From an uncultured virus (IMG/VR IMGVR_UViG_3300050029_000262) (Duplodnaviria; Heunggongvirae; Uroviricota; Caudoviricetes), in IMG/VR virus record IMGVR_UViG_3300050029_000262: 20,000 nt of DNA; one strand, written 5' to 3'. The notes below the pieces were generated by a model. It did not search any database. It was not told the origin of the DNA and worked only from the letters and a program-made list of their open reading frames with translations. The first letter of the stretch is position 1; every line of letters begins with the position of its first letter. Shown here one piece after another: positions 1-7,001 of the stretch. A program made the position numbers and the translations under genes.

Positions 1-2043
1 CCGCTGACCTACGTGCCGACCTCCAACGTGGCTCTGCTGCACAAGGCCCAGGCGGGGACGGTGACCCGCCCGGACGCCGGGCGCGGGCTCCGCAAGGGCA
101 AGGGCGGCGGTGGCGCTCTTACCGACAACATCGGCGGCACCATGTCACTCCAGTCGGAGTACGCCCGCATCAGCCGCCTCTTCAACACCTACAAGTATGA
201 CATCGACGTGTTCGCCATGGTGCGGCAGGTCATGCGGAGAATGCCGCCCTGGCGGCTGGAGGAAACCGTGCCCGGCGCGGGCACCGAGGCCAACAAGGTC
301 CTCCTCGACTCCTTCTTCCACCTCCCGGATGGCGAGAACACCTGCCAGCAGATCGTGCGCTGTACCATCGCCCGCATGAAGATGGTGGGCAAGGCCCACT
401 GGGCCTTGCGGCGCCTGGATGACCAGGCCCTGCGGGCGGCGGCACCCGGCAGCGAAGGTGCCCTCGCCCTCCAGCACAACATCGTCAACGCCCTCTCCAA
501 ACAGTTTGACCTCAACTTGGCGGACGCCAACGCGGCCGTCCAAGACCTGCTCGGCTCCCGCGCGCCGATTGGCTTTGAGTTGCTGGCCGGCGCCTTGCGC
601 TATGACAAGCAGCGGCGCGTCTGGCAGCAGTCCACGGGCGGGGTCGGCGCGGGCAAGGAGTTCGCGGCGGAGGACGTGCTGGAGTTCAAGATCATGGACC
701 CGACCGGGGGCGTGATGAGTGAACTGGAACGGCTGGAGAGTTGGAGCGATGCCAGCGTGCGGGTGTTCAAGCTCAACGCTGATGCCGTCAAGACGGGCGG
801 CATGGCCGACCTGCTGATCGTTCTGTACGGCAGCAACAAGCGGGAGGTGGAGCGGCTGGAGGCCCTGATGGAGGACCGTGCCGACCCGGCCCGCACGGAA
901 GATGTCTGGCTGCCGATGGTGACGCACTCGACGGCTCCGGAGGGGCAGCGCGTGGGTGTGGAGCAGGTGGAGTTGTCACGCCGCGGGCGGGAGAGTATGC
1001 ACCTGGAGTTCGACAAGGCGTTGCGCGTGCGCAAGGCAGGCGCGACGGGCGTGCCGTTGCAGGCGGTGGGGGAGTGGCAGCAGGTCAACCGCGCCAACAT
1101 GGAGACCGCCGACTACATCCTGATGCAGCACGAGATCATGCCCTGGTGCGAGGACTTCCGGGGCCAGGTCAACGAGCAACTGGTGGTGGACGTATTCGGC
1201 ATCACGGACTGGGAGTTTGGTTTTGATGAGGTGGACCTGCGCGGCCAGGAGTTTGCCCACGAGCAGGACCAGGACCTGCTCAAGACTGGCGCGCTGACGC
1301 CCTACGACTATTGGGTCAAGACGCATGGGGGAGCGCGGGCGGAGGCCATGCTGGCGGCCGTGGTGGCGCTGGGCATTGACGAGGCGGCAGTGAAAATACC
1401 GTGGCAGTTCACGGGCAACAAGTGGGCGCCCATCACGGAGCAGATCCCGCCGGCGTTGGGCGGGCCGGAGCCACCCAAGCCGCCCGCACCAGTGTTGCCA
1501 TTCGGCGCGACGACGGCGGTCAACCCGGCCAACGCCAGCACCAACCCGGCGGAGGGCAATGCAGCACCACCGGCGGAGGGCGGCACCCCGCCCGCGCCGG
1601 GCGGTATGATGCCGCCTAACGTGCCCGCTGCCAACGCCGACGCCATGATGAAGTCCCTCGACCACTGGCAGGAGGAGTGTACCGTCTCGATGCGCAAGAG
1701 CGGCCTGGTCTACTGCCCGGAGGCGGACGCCGCCGCGTGGCGCGTCCTGCCGCAGCAGATGTACCTCTCGCTGGGCAAGTCCCTCAACTCCTGCACCTCC
1801 GTAGTCGAAATCAGCAACACGTTTAAGGATGCGCGCGGCGTACTGCGGGTCGCCTCTGATAAGCTGGAGAAGGTGAAGACCCCGCAGCACGTCATGCGGT
1901 CAATGACGGACGCCATCAACGAGGTCTTCATGGCGCGTGACCAGCACGCGCAACTGGCGGTAGCGGAGCGGCTACGGCAGGAGGCGGAGGGGTTCGAGAC
2001 GGAGGCGGCGACGGTGCCCGCCCCGCCCCTGAAGAAGGCTTGA
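1..2043 (+). CDS. Phage portal protein with Pro/Ala-rich linker and extra C-terminal domain (5' end uncertain)
   Basis: Frame is open from base 1 (ORF track start GTG 13; alternative ATG 142). Portal-like blocks: GKAHW, FAAEDVLEFK, SELERL, KTGGMADLLIV, GVPLQAVG...NRAN, IMPWCEDFRGQVNEQL. Lies directly upstream of a MuF-like gene. Confidence 0.85.
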   Translation, partial: PLTYVPTSNVALLHKAQAGTVTRPDAGRGLRKGKGGGGALTDNIGGTMSLQSEYARISRLFNTYKYDIDVFAMVRQVMRRMPPWRLEETVPGAGTEANKVLLDSFFHLPDGENTCQQIVRCTIARMKMVGKAHWALRRLDDQALRAAAPGSEGALALQHNIVNALSKQFDLNLADANAAVQDLLGSRAPIGFELLAGALRYDKQRRVWQQSTGGVGAGKEFAAEDVLEFKIMDPTGGVMSELERLESWSDASVRVFKLNADAVKTGGMADLLIVLYGSNKREVERLEALMEDRADPARTEDVWLPMVTHSTAPEGQRVGVEQVELSRRGRESMHLEFDKALRVRKAGATGVPLQAVGEWQQVNRANMETADYILMQHEIMPWCEDFRGQVNEQLVVDVFGITDWEFGFDEVDLRGQEFAHEQDQDLLKTGALTPYDYWVKTHGGARAEAMLAAVVALGIDEAAVKIPWQFTGNKWAPITEQIPPALGGPEPPKPPAPVLPFGATTAVNPANASTNPAEGNAAPPAEGGTPPAPGGMMPPNVPAANADAMMKSLDHWQEECTVSMRKSGLVYCPEADAAAWRVLPQQMYLSLGKSLNSCTSVVEISNTFKDARGVLRVASDKLEKVKTPQHVMRSMTDAINEVFMARDQHAQLAVAERLRQEAEGFETEAATVPAPPLKKA

Positions 2044-2049
2044 ACGGCC

Positions 2050-3903
2050 ATGGATGAAGTTCTCCAGAAGGCGCCGGTCATAGGCGCGGCTGTCAACCTG
2101 TCTGCGCACGGCCCGGTGCGGTTGTCCGCCGTCGGCACCCGCTCCATGTCCGAGTGGGTGGACTTCGTGCGTGACAGCCAGGACTTTGATGACCTGAGCC
2201 GCCAGCAACTCGTTACCGCCATCTATGGCATTCGCAAGACGGCCGCCGAGGAGGTCTTGACCCGCGAGATGGGCCGCCTCGGCGTCATCACCCCGGCGGA
2301 CCGCGACCGCCTCAAGTTCCTCCTCTCCGACTACTCCGAGTATGGACAGACCCTGCGCCGCCGTGCCGAGGACCAGGCCAAGAAGATCATCGACACCGAC
2401 CGGGCCTTCCGGGAGAAGTGGGCGGAGGAGCGCAAGGCACAAGTCTACCCGATTGCCAACCGCCACCAGATCAACAACGAACTGCGGCAGGAGTTGCAGC
2501 GCCGGGCCTTGTGGAAGAACGAGCAGATCGCCAATACGGAGCACCAGCAGGGCAAGTCAGAGGCAGTGGCGGACTTCTACCGCCGGACGAAGATCAGCGA
2601 CCCGGAGGCGGAGGCAGCCTGGTACTTCACCGGCCCCAACGACAAGCGTACCTGTGACCGTTGCATTGAGATCATCGGCGGCAATCCCTACACGCAGCAG
2701 GGCTTGATTGCGAAGTTGGCCTCGGTCGGGGCAATGGCCCCGGACGCCTACTCTGTCCATCCGCACGAACGGCACATGGCGGACTTCCGGCCCTCCCGCG
2801 GCACCATGCACAAGGACGAGAACCGTGACGCGGCCAAGGGCTGGGCGCGGCAAATGGGTTCGCTGCAGGACCATGCGACCGGCGTAGTGACCGAGGCCCC
2901 GATGCCGAAGGCCATGCCGAAGTGGGTCGAGACACGAATGCCTGCGAACGTGGTCAGCAACGCCTTGCGGGAGCGCGTCTGCGGTACCAAGTTGTGGAAG
3001 TGGGCCCTGTCCTCGGCGACGAACGAGGCGGGCACTGTGGATTGCGAGGCGCTGGTCCAGCAGCAACGCGGGGACTGGGCGGCACGCACGGCGCAGGAGA
3101 TCGTCGGCGGCGCGGAGTTGGAACCCGGCGTGCCCTTCGACTTTGCGACGGAAGGCGAGCAGGTCTTTGACGTGCATGTCAGCAAGGCGGGGGACGAGCC
3201 TTGGACCCTGAGCGCCGAGCAGCACGCGGCGCGCGACCAGTACGAGCATGAACACGGCTACGTGGCGCACTCATTGGACGTGGTGCTGGAGGAGGGGCGG
3301 GCGACGGTCTGGCACGGGGAGGGGGTGGGCGGGCTGGCGGGGCGGGAGAAGATCGCGACGGTGGACATGATGAGCGGGGCGGTGGAGAAGCACGTGGCGG
3401 AGTGGCCGTGGCAGCGGGCGGCGGGGGCACCTATTTCTGTATCTGCTTCAAAGACCATCACCCCGGTCAATACTACTATGCCCTCCGTCACGCAGTTCAA
3501 TGCAATCCTCGATAAGACACCGGAAGAACTGAAGCCGATGCTCTACCGTTACTCTGACGAGGAATTGGCGAAGATGAAATTGTACCAGGTACGGAACCCG
3601 GACACTGGTGCTGTACTGGACGCCGGGTTTGCCATCAAGGCGGACGGCGACATGGTCAACGTCTGCAACAACAGTGGAGTGAAGGGGCTGGGCAAGGGCA
3701 TAGTGCAGGCGGCCATCAATGCCGGGGCAACGACGTGCGACCACTATGACACGCCGCAGTTGAACGGACTGTACTCACAATTCTTCCACGAAGTCCGCCG
3801 GGAACCGTTTGATGTAAGCCTGGCAGTCCCGGAGTGGGACTATAAAAGATTCGATAATCCAGATATAGTCTATAGAGAACTCATCGAAGGGCTACAACCA
3901 TGA
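2050..3903 (+). CDS. MuF/SPP1 gp7-like minor head protein with long C-terminal extension ending in a GNAT-like domain
   Basis: MuF-type motifs IANTE (2527), WYFTGPNDKRTCDRC and HPHERH (variant of HPNCRC); follows the portal. The C-terminus has GFAIKADGDMVNV..NSGVKGLGKGIV..A...LYSQFF, resembling GNAT motifs A and B. Confidence 0.75.
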   Translation: MDEVLQKAPVIGAAVNLSAHGPVRLSAVGTRSMSEWVDFVRDSQDFDDLSRQQLVTAIYGIRKTAAEEVLTREMGRLGVITPADRDRLKFLLSDYSEYGQTLRRRAEDQAKKIIDTDRAFREKWAEERKAQVYPIANRHQINNELRQELQRRALWKNEQIANTEHQQGKSEAVADFYRRTKISDPEAEAAWYFTGPNDKRTCDRCIEIIGGNPYTQQGLIAKLASVGAMAPDAYSVHPHERHMADFRPSRGTMHKDENRDAAKGWARQMGSLQDHATGVVTEAPMPKAMPKWVETRMPANVVSNALRERVCGTKLWKWALSSATNEAGTVDCEALVQQQRGDWAARTAQEIVGGAELEPGVPFDFATEGEQVFDVHVSKAGDEPWTLSAEQHAARDQYEHEHGYVAHSLDVVLEEGRATVWHGEGVGGLAGREKIATVDMMSGAVEKHVAEWPWQRAAGAPISVSASKTITPVNTTMPSVTQFNAILDKTPEELKPMLYRYSDEELAKMKLYQVRNPDTGAVLDAGFAIKADGDMVNVCNNSGVKGLGKGIVQAAINAGATTCDHYDTPQLNGLYSQFFHEVRREPFDVSLAVPEWDYKRFDNPDIVYRELIEGLQP

Positions 3904-4154
3904 CCGCAACAGACAACCAAAAAACACTTGCACCGGGCCTGGCTGCTCAGGACGAAGACGAGGCCCTGACCTTCAGCGGCCTGACCATTGGCTGCCAGAC
4001 CGAGGGCCGGAAGAACTGGCTGGCGCGAGGCTTCACCAACGTCGAGGACCTGCGGGCGCATATCGCGGACATTGGTCTGACGGTGGAGCAGTTCAAGACG
4101 ACCTCCGCCTACAAGCAGAACATCGGTACTCTGGACTGGCTGAAGGAACTGTAA
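3900..4154 (+). CDS. Hypothetical protein, 84 aa (translationally coupled to MuF; candidate immunity/accessory)
   Basis: ATGA start/stop overlap with the MuF gene; coding-like codon usage. Function is inferred from position only. Confidence 0.7.
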   Translation: MTATDNQKTLAPGLAAQDEDEALTFSGLTIGCQTEGRKNWLARGFTNVEDLRAHIADIGLTVEQFKTTSAYKQNIGTLDWLKEL

Positions 4155-4160
4155 ACAACC

Positions 4161-4469
4161 ATGCTGACCTGGAGCATCGCCACCACAACCGAGGCCGCCG
4201 ACGTAGGTAAGGCCATCGAGGTGACGGCCATTCGCAACTGGGCCGCGCAGTTGGACGACCCGCTGCCCTTGTTCTTTGACCTCAGCCCCTGGGACGATAC
4301 GTTGCCGGCCGACAACGTCCCTCAACTGGTCGCGGAACTGTCAATCATGGAGACCAAGATGACCCTCGCGGGGGAGGGGTTCCCGACCGGCCTGGAGTTC
4401 ATCATCACGACCATGCTACGGTTGGCCCGCCGGGCGGCGGCGCTGAACCGGGCAATCATCATCGGCTGA
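4161..4469 (+). CDS. Hypothetical protein, 102 aa (candidate immunity protein)
   Basis: Starts 6 nt after the previous stop, AAGGA upstream; acidic and helical-looking with a hydrophobic C-terminal strand (AIIIG). Confidence 0.7.
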   Translation: MLTWSIATTTEAADVGKAIEVTAIRNWAAQLDDPLPLFFDLSPWDDTLPADNVPQLVAELSIMETKMTLAGEGFPTGLEFIITTMLRLARRAAALNRAIIIG

Positions 4470-4494
4470 CGGCAGCCCGAACAGGAGAACGGAA

Positions 4495-4911
4495 ATGACG
4501 CAGACCTTGTGGCAGCAAATAATGGGGGCGCTGGCGGTGGGCATCCTGGCGCTCATCGGCCTGGTCTTCAAGAAGGCGCAGGATATCCTGGCCGCCTATC
4601 TGGACCGCCTGGCCACACTGGCGGAGAGCAAGGCGGCAGCGGCCACTCTGACGGCGGCAGTCAACACGGCGGTCAAGGCTGTGGCGCAGACGACGAAGGG
4701 CACGGACATCAGCAACGCTGGCAAGAAGGTGGCGGCCCTGGCGTTGCTGGACCGGCAAGGCCTGCTGGGTGACAAGGTGAAGGTGGATACGTTGGTAGAG
4801 GCGGCGGTGCATGATCTGCCGGCAAAGATGATCGCAATACCGTTTTCGGGCAAGTGCATTCCCAATGCGCCCGCAACGGGCGTTGGCGCGGACGCGCAGC
4901 CGCTCCCGTAA
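4495..4911 (+). CDS. Phage holin, LL-H family-like
   Basis: AGGAG RBS; single N-terminal hydrophobic segment (IMGALAVGILALIGLVFKK) followed by AVKAVAQ...GKKVAALALL...LVEAAVHDL, the pattern of LL-H holins; precedes a lysin-like gene. Confidence 0.75.
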   Translation: MTQTLWQQIMGALAVGILALIGLVFKKAQDILAAYLDRLATLAESKAAAATLTAAVNTAVKAVAQTTKGTDISNAGKKVAALALLDRQGLLGDKVKVDTLVEAAVHDLPAKMIAIPFSGKCIPNAPATGVGADAQPLP

Positions 4912-4965
4912 GTGGACGGCGGAGCCGGACGGCGCATACCAGAAAACGGAAAGAGGAGTACGACC

Positions 4966-5736
4966 ATGGCAAACGGATTCGCATCCTGCCACCCGGCGAC
5001 GGTGGCGACACTCAAGCAGTTGGGCGTGACGGATGACCAGGTGACGCAGGGGGTCGGCTACGCGGCGGCCAGTGCCGGGTTCCACGAGCCGGTCGGCATG
5101 TACAATGGCCTTCATTATGGTACTTGCGTAGACCTGACGCACGCGCTCTGCAGCCCCGACTTCTTGCAACGCTGCTGGCAGGCCGGGCTGATCGCCTTCG
5201 ACCGCAGCGGCGCCACCGGCTGGAACGGCACATCTCATATTCACGCGGTCCACATCGGCCTGCGTGACGACAACGGGGCCTGCCGCATCTTCGACGGCCC
5301 GCGACACCAGATCGTAGACTTCCTCCACGCGCCGCCCCTCAACGGGCTGGCCGGGCATGGCCTGCTGGAAGGGTTCCTGCCGACCGCCGACCTGCAGGCG
5401 AGCGACCGCGTGATCTACTCATCGTGGGTGCCTGATGAGCCGACTGCGGTGTACGACAACGGCACCCGCGTCCCGTGCTACGCCTGGTACAACGGGCAGA
5501 CCGTGACCTGTGATGTACGGGCGCTGTGCGAGGCCCTCAACTGCCAGGTCAGCGGTGACCAGAACGGCGTTCAGATCCTCAGCGGCGGTCTGCCGGTGGA
5601 CATCCATGCGGCCAATCCGCACTTTGACGGAAGGTGGTGGCGGGCCGGGGTACGCGGTGTTGCCGAGGCCCTCGGGTATGCGGTGACGTTCACGCCCCTG
5701 AGTGGCGTGCAGGCCCGCGTTGACTTGACGAAATAG
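4966..5736 (+). CDS. Putative endolysin: Zn peptidase (M15/LAS-like) domain plus copper-amine-oxidase-N-terminal-like (stalk) repeats
   Basis: GAGGAG RBS and ATG at 4966. Motifs TQG..SAGFH...CVD...AGLIAFDR..W..HIHAV supply His, Asp and HxH Zn ligands. The C-terminus has two copies of an (N/D)G...VR...EAL...V motif (NGQTVTCDVRALCEALNCQV; DGRWWRAGVRGVAEALGYAV). Adjacent to the holin. Confidence 0.7.
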   Translation: MANGFASCHPATVATLKQLGVTDDQVTQGVGYAAASAGFHEPVGMYNGLHYGTCVDLTHALCSPDFLQRCWQAGLIAFDRSGATGWNGTSHIHAVHIGLRDDNGACRIFDGPRHQIVDFLHAPPLNGLAGHGLLEGFLPTADLQASDRVIYSSWVPDEPTAVYDNGTRVPCYAWYNGQTVTCDVRALCEALNCQVSGDQNGVQILSGGLPVDIHAANPHFDGRWWRAGVRGVAEALGYAVTFTPLSGVQARVDLTK

Positions 5737-5750
5737 AGGATGGCCTTACC

Positions 5751-6035
5751 ATGCTCATCAAAGTCGCCGGGCATCAAAAGCTGGAGCAGACCTTCGGCCC
5801 CATGGGGGCACTCTTCGTCGAGGGCTACGAACATGGGACCGAAATCCGCTACAAGGAGCAGCGCGTGCTCTTCTTCGACGCGACCGGGAACTGGATGGTG
5901 GGGTTTGCCTTCAACGACATCATCATGGCGTCCGCCCTGGGGACGCCGGAGCAATTCTACGCCGAGGTGCGACGGTGGCTGACAAGAACCAAGGCCGGCG
6001 ACACGCCGCCGCAACTGGCGGGCAAACGGTGGTGA
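5751..6035 (+). CDS. Hypothetical protein, 94 aa
   Basis: AGAGGA upstream, ACC-ATG start, high GC3, fills the gap in the operon. Confidence 0.7.
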   Translation: MLIKVAGHQKLEQTFGPMGALFVEGYEHGTEIRYKEQRVLFFDATGNWMVGFAFNDIIMASALGTPEQFYAEVRRWLTRTKAGDTPPQLAGKRW

Positions 6036-6244
6036 CGGCCCCGGCCCCGGAGGCAGTGCCCGGCGCGCCGACCTCCCGCCGGGTGCGGTGCGGCACGCCG
6101 GACTGCCGCAGCCGGCGCTACGGCCTACCACTCAGCCGCGCACCGATTATCGCGCACCTGGAGTTGGTGCCCGGCGGGCCGCCCGTCACGGCCCGCATCC
6201 GTTGCCCGCGGTGTGGCGAATACACTGAGGTCACGCTGTCCTGA
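6032..6244 (+). CDS. Com-like (phage Mu Com family) C4 zinc-finger regulator, about 70 aa
   Basis: GTG start overlapping the upstream stop (GTGA). RVRCGTPDC...IIAHLE...RIRCPRCGEYTEV resembles the Mu Com IRC..C...IEIRCPRC pattern. Confidence 0.65.
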   Translation: MTAPAPEAVPGAPTSRRVRCGTPDCRSRRYGLPLSRAPIIAHLELVPGGPPVTARIRCPRCGEYTEVTLS

Positions 6245-6299
6245 TGCCCTGCCCGCGAACGGCGGCGTAGGCGGTCACGCAAACCAGTTGCCTGCCGCG

Positions 6300-6322
6300 C
6301 GAGGATCGCTTCTAAGCAGTTT
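6300..6322 (+). repeat. Dispersed 23-bp intergenic repeat, copy 1 (CGAGGATCGCTTCTAAGCAGTTT)
   Basis: 21/23 identical to 19697-19719; first 14 nt exact. Confidence 0.85.
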
Positions 6323-6323
6323 C

Positions 6324-6362
6324 CGGGACGGGCGCGGGGAAACGCCCGTCCTGACCTATTTT
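6324..6362 (+). terminator. GC-rich hairpin, possible intrinsic terminator of the portal-to-zinc-finger operon
   Basis: GGACGGGCG (6326-6334) pairs with CGCCCGTCC (6343-6351), 8-nt loop; the downstream T-tract (CCTATTTT) is weak. Confidence 0.45.
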
Positions 6363-6394
6363 GACGCTCCGGCAAAGAAATAGGCACGCCGCCC

Positions 6395-6424
6395 TTGACA
6401 AGCGCAAACGGGCAAGCCTATGAT
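6395..6424 (+). promoter_or_regulatory. Sigma70-type promoter upstream of the head-protease/capsid operon
   Basis: TTGACA (6395-6400), 18-nt spacer, TATGAT (6419-6424), in an intergenic region. Confidence 0.65.
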
Positions 6425-6474
6425 GATGGCCAGAACAGGTCATGCTCTTCGGTTGGTGTGTCGCTTGTATTGTG

Positions 6475-6564
6475 CTTCAGGCCCGGCGGCCCTCCTTCGA
6501 CCCCCTCCTACGCAGGGGCAAGAAGGTAGGCCTCCGGGCCTGAAGTCTTTTTCACGGGAGGCCT
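6475..6564 (+). promoter_or_regulatory. Structured leader: long hairpin with U-tract and an alternative RBS-sequestering pairing
   Basis: CTTCAGGCCCGG (6475-6486) is the exact reverse complement of CCGGGCCTGAAG (6534-6545), with inner GGCC/GGCC, CCTTC/GAAGG and CCCC/GGGG pairs, followed by TCTTTTT. AGGCCTCC (6528-6535) can instead pair with GGAGGCCT (6557-6564), which contains the RBS. Confidence 0.6.
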
Positions 6565-6569
6565 TTCCG

Positions 6570-7001
6570 ATGGCGCAAGAAGCAGCCAGCTTGACCGACA
6601 TGCGGAATACCGCCATCCCGGCGGCGGTGCTGCATCGGACCGCCGTGGTCGCCCCGGACAGCGGCCTCCCGACCGCCGACCTCTTCTGCGTCAACCATGG
6701 CCGCTGGGCGCGGGCCCGCATCTATGCCACGCCGACCTTCGTCAACGGCTCCAACCCATCCCTGCTCCTGCACGTCTGGACCAAGAAGCACGTTCCCGCC
6801 GACGAGGTGACGGAGCCGCTGGGTCGTCTGATGGTACCCGATGCCGCGACCGCCAGCCTGGTTGCCTTCGCGGTGACGGCGGGCGGCCCGGTGGCCTTCG
6901 ACGTGACGGCCAATGGTGACGATCTCTTCGTGGAGGTCATTTCCGCCAGCGGCGCGCCTGACTCATACGCCTTTGACTGCTACGTGAGTTGGAGGCCCTG
7001 A
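6570..7001 (+). CDS. Hypothetical protein, 143 aa, beta-rich (possible virion decoration protein)
   Basis: GGGAGG RBS 8 nt before ATG 6570; its stop overlaps the next start (TGATG); alternating hydrophobic strand pattern. Confidence 0.7.
   Translation: MAQEAASLTDMRNTAIPAAVLHRTAVVAPDSGLPTADLFCVNHGRWARARIYATPTFVNGSNPSLLLHVWTKKHVPADEVTEPLGRLMVPDAATASLVAFAVTAGGPVAFDVTANGDDLFVEVISASGAPDSYAFDCYVSWRP

Noticed and set aside
6300..6322. 23-bp repeats as attL/attR prophage ends
   Set aside because: Copy 1 lies inside the structural module with the portal outside it, the copies differ at two positions, and no integrase or tRNA is adjacent.
6420..6569. N-terminal extension of ORF 6420-7001 as given in the ORF track
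   Set aside because: Overlaps the -10 box and the leader hairpin; ATG 6570 has a clear GGGAGG RBS.
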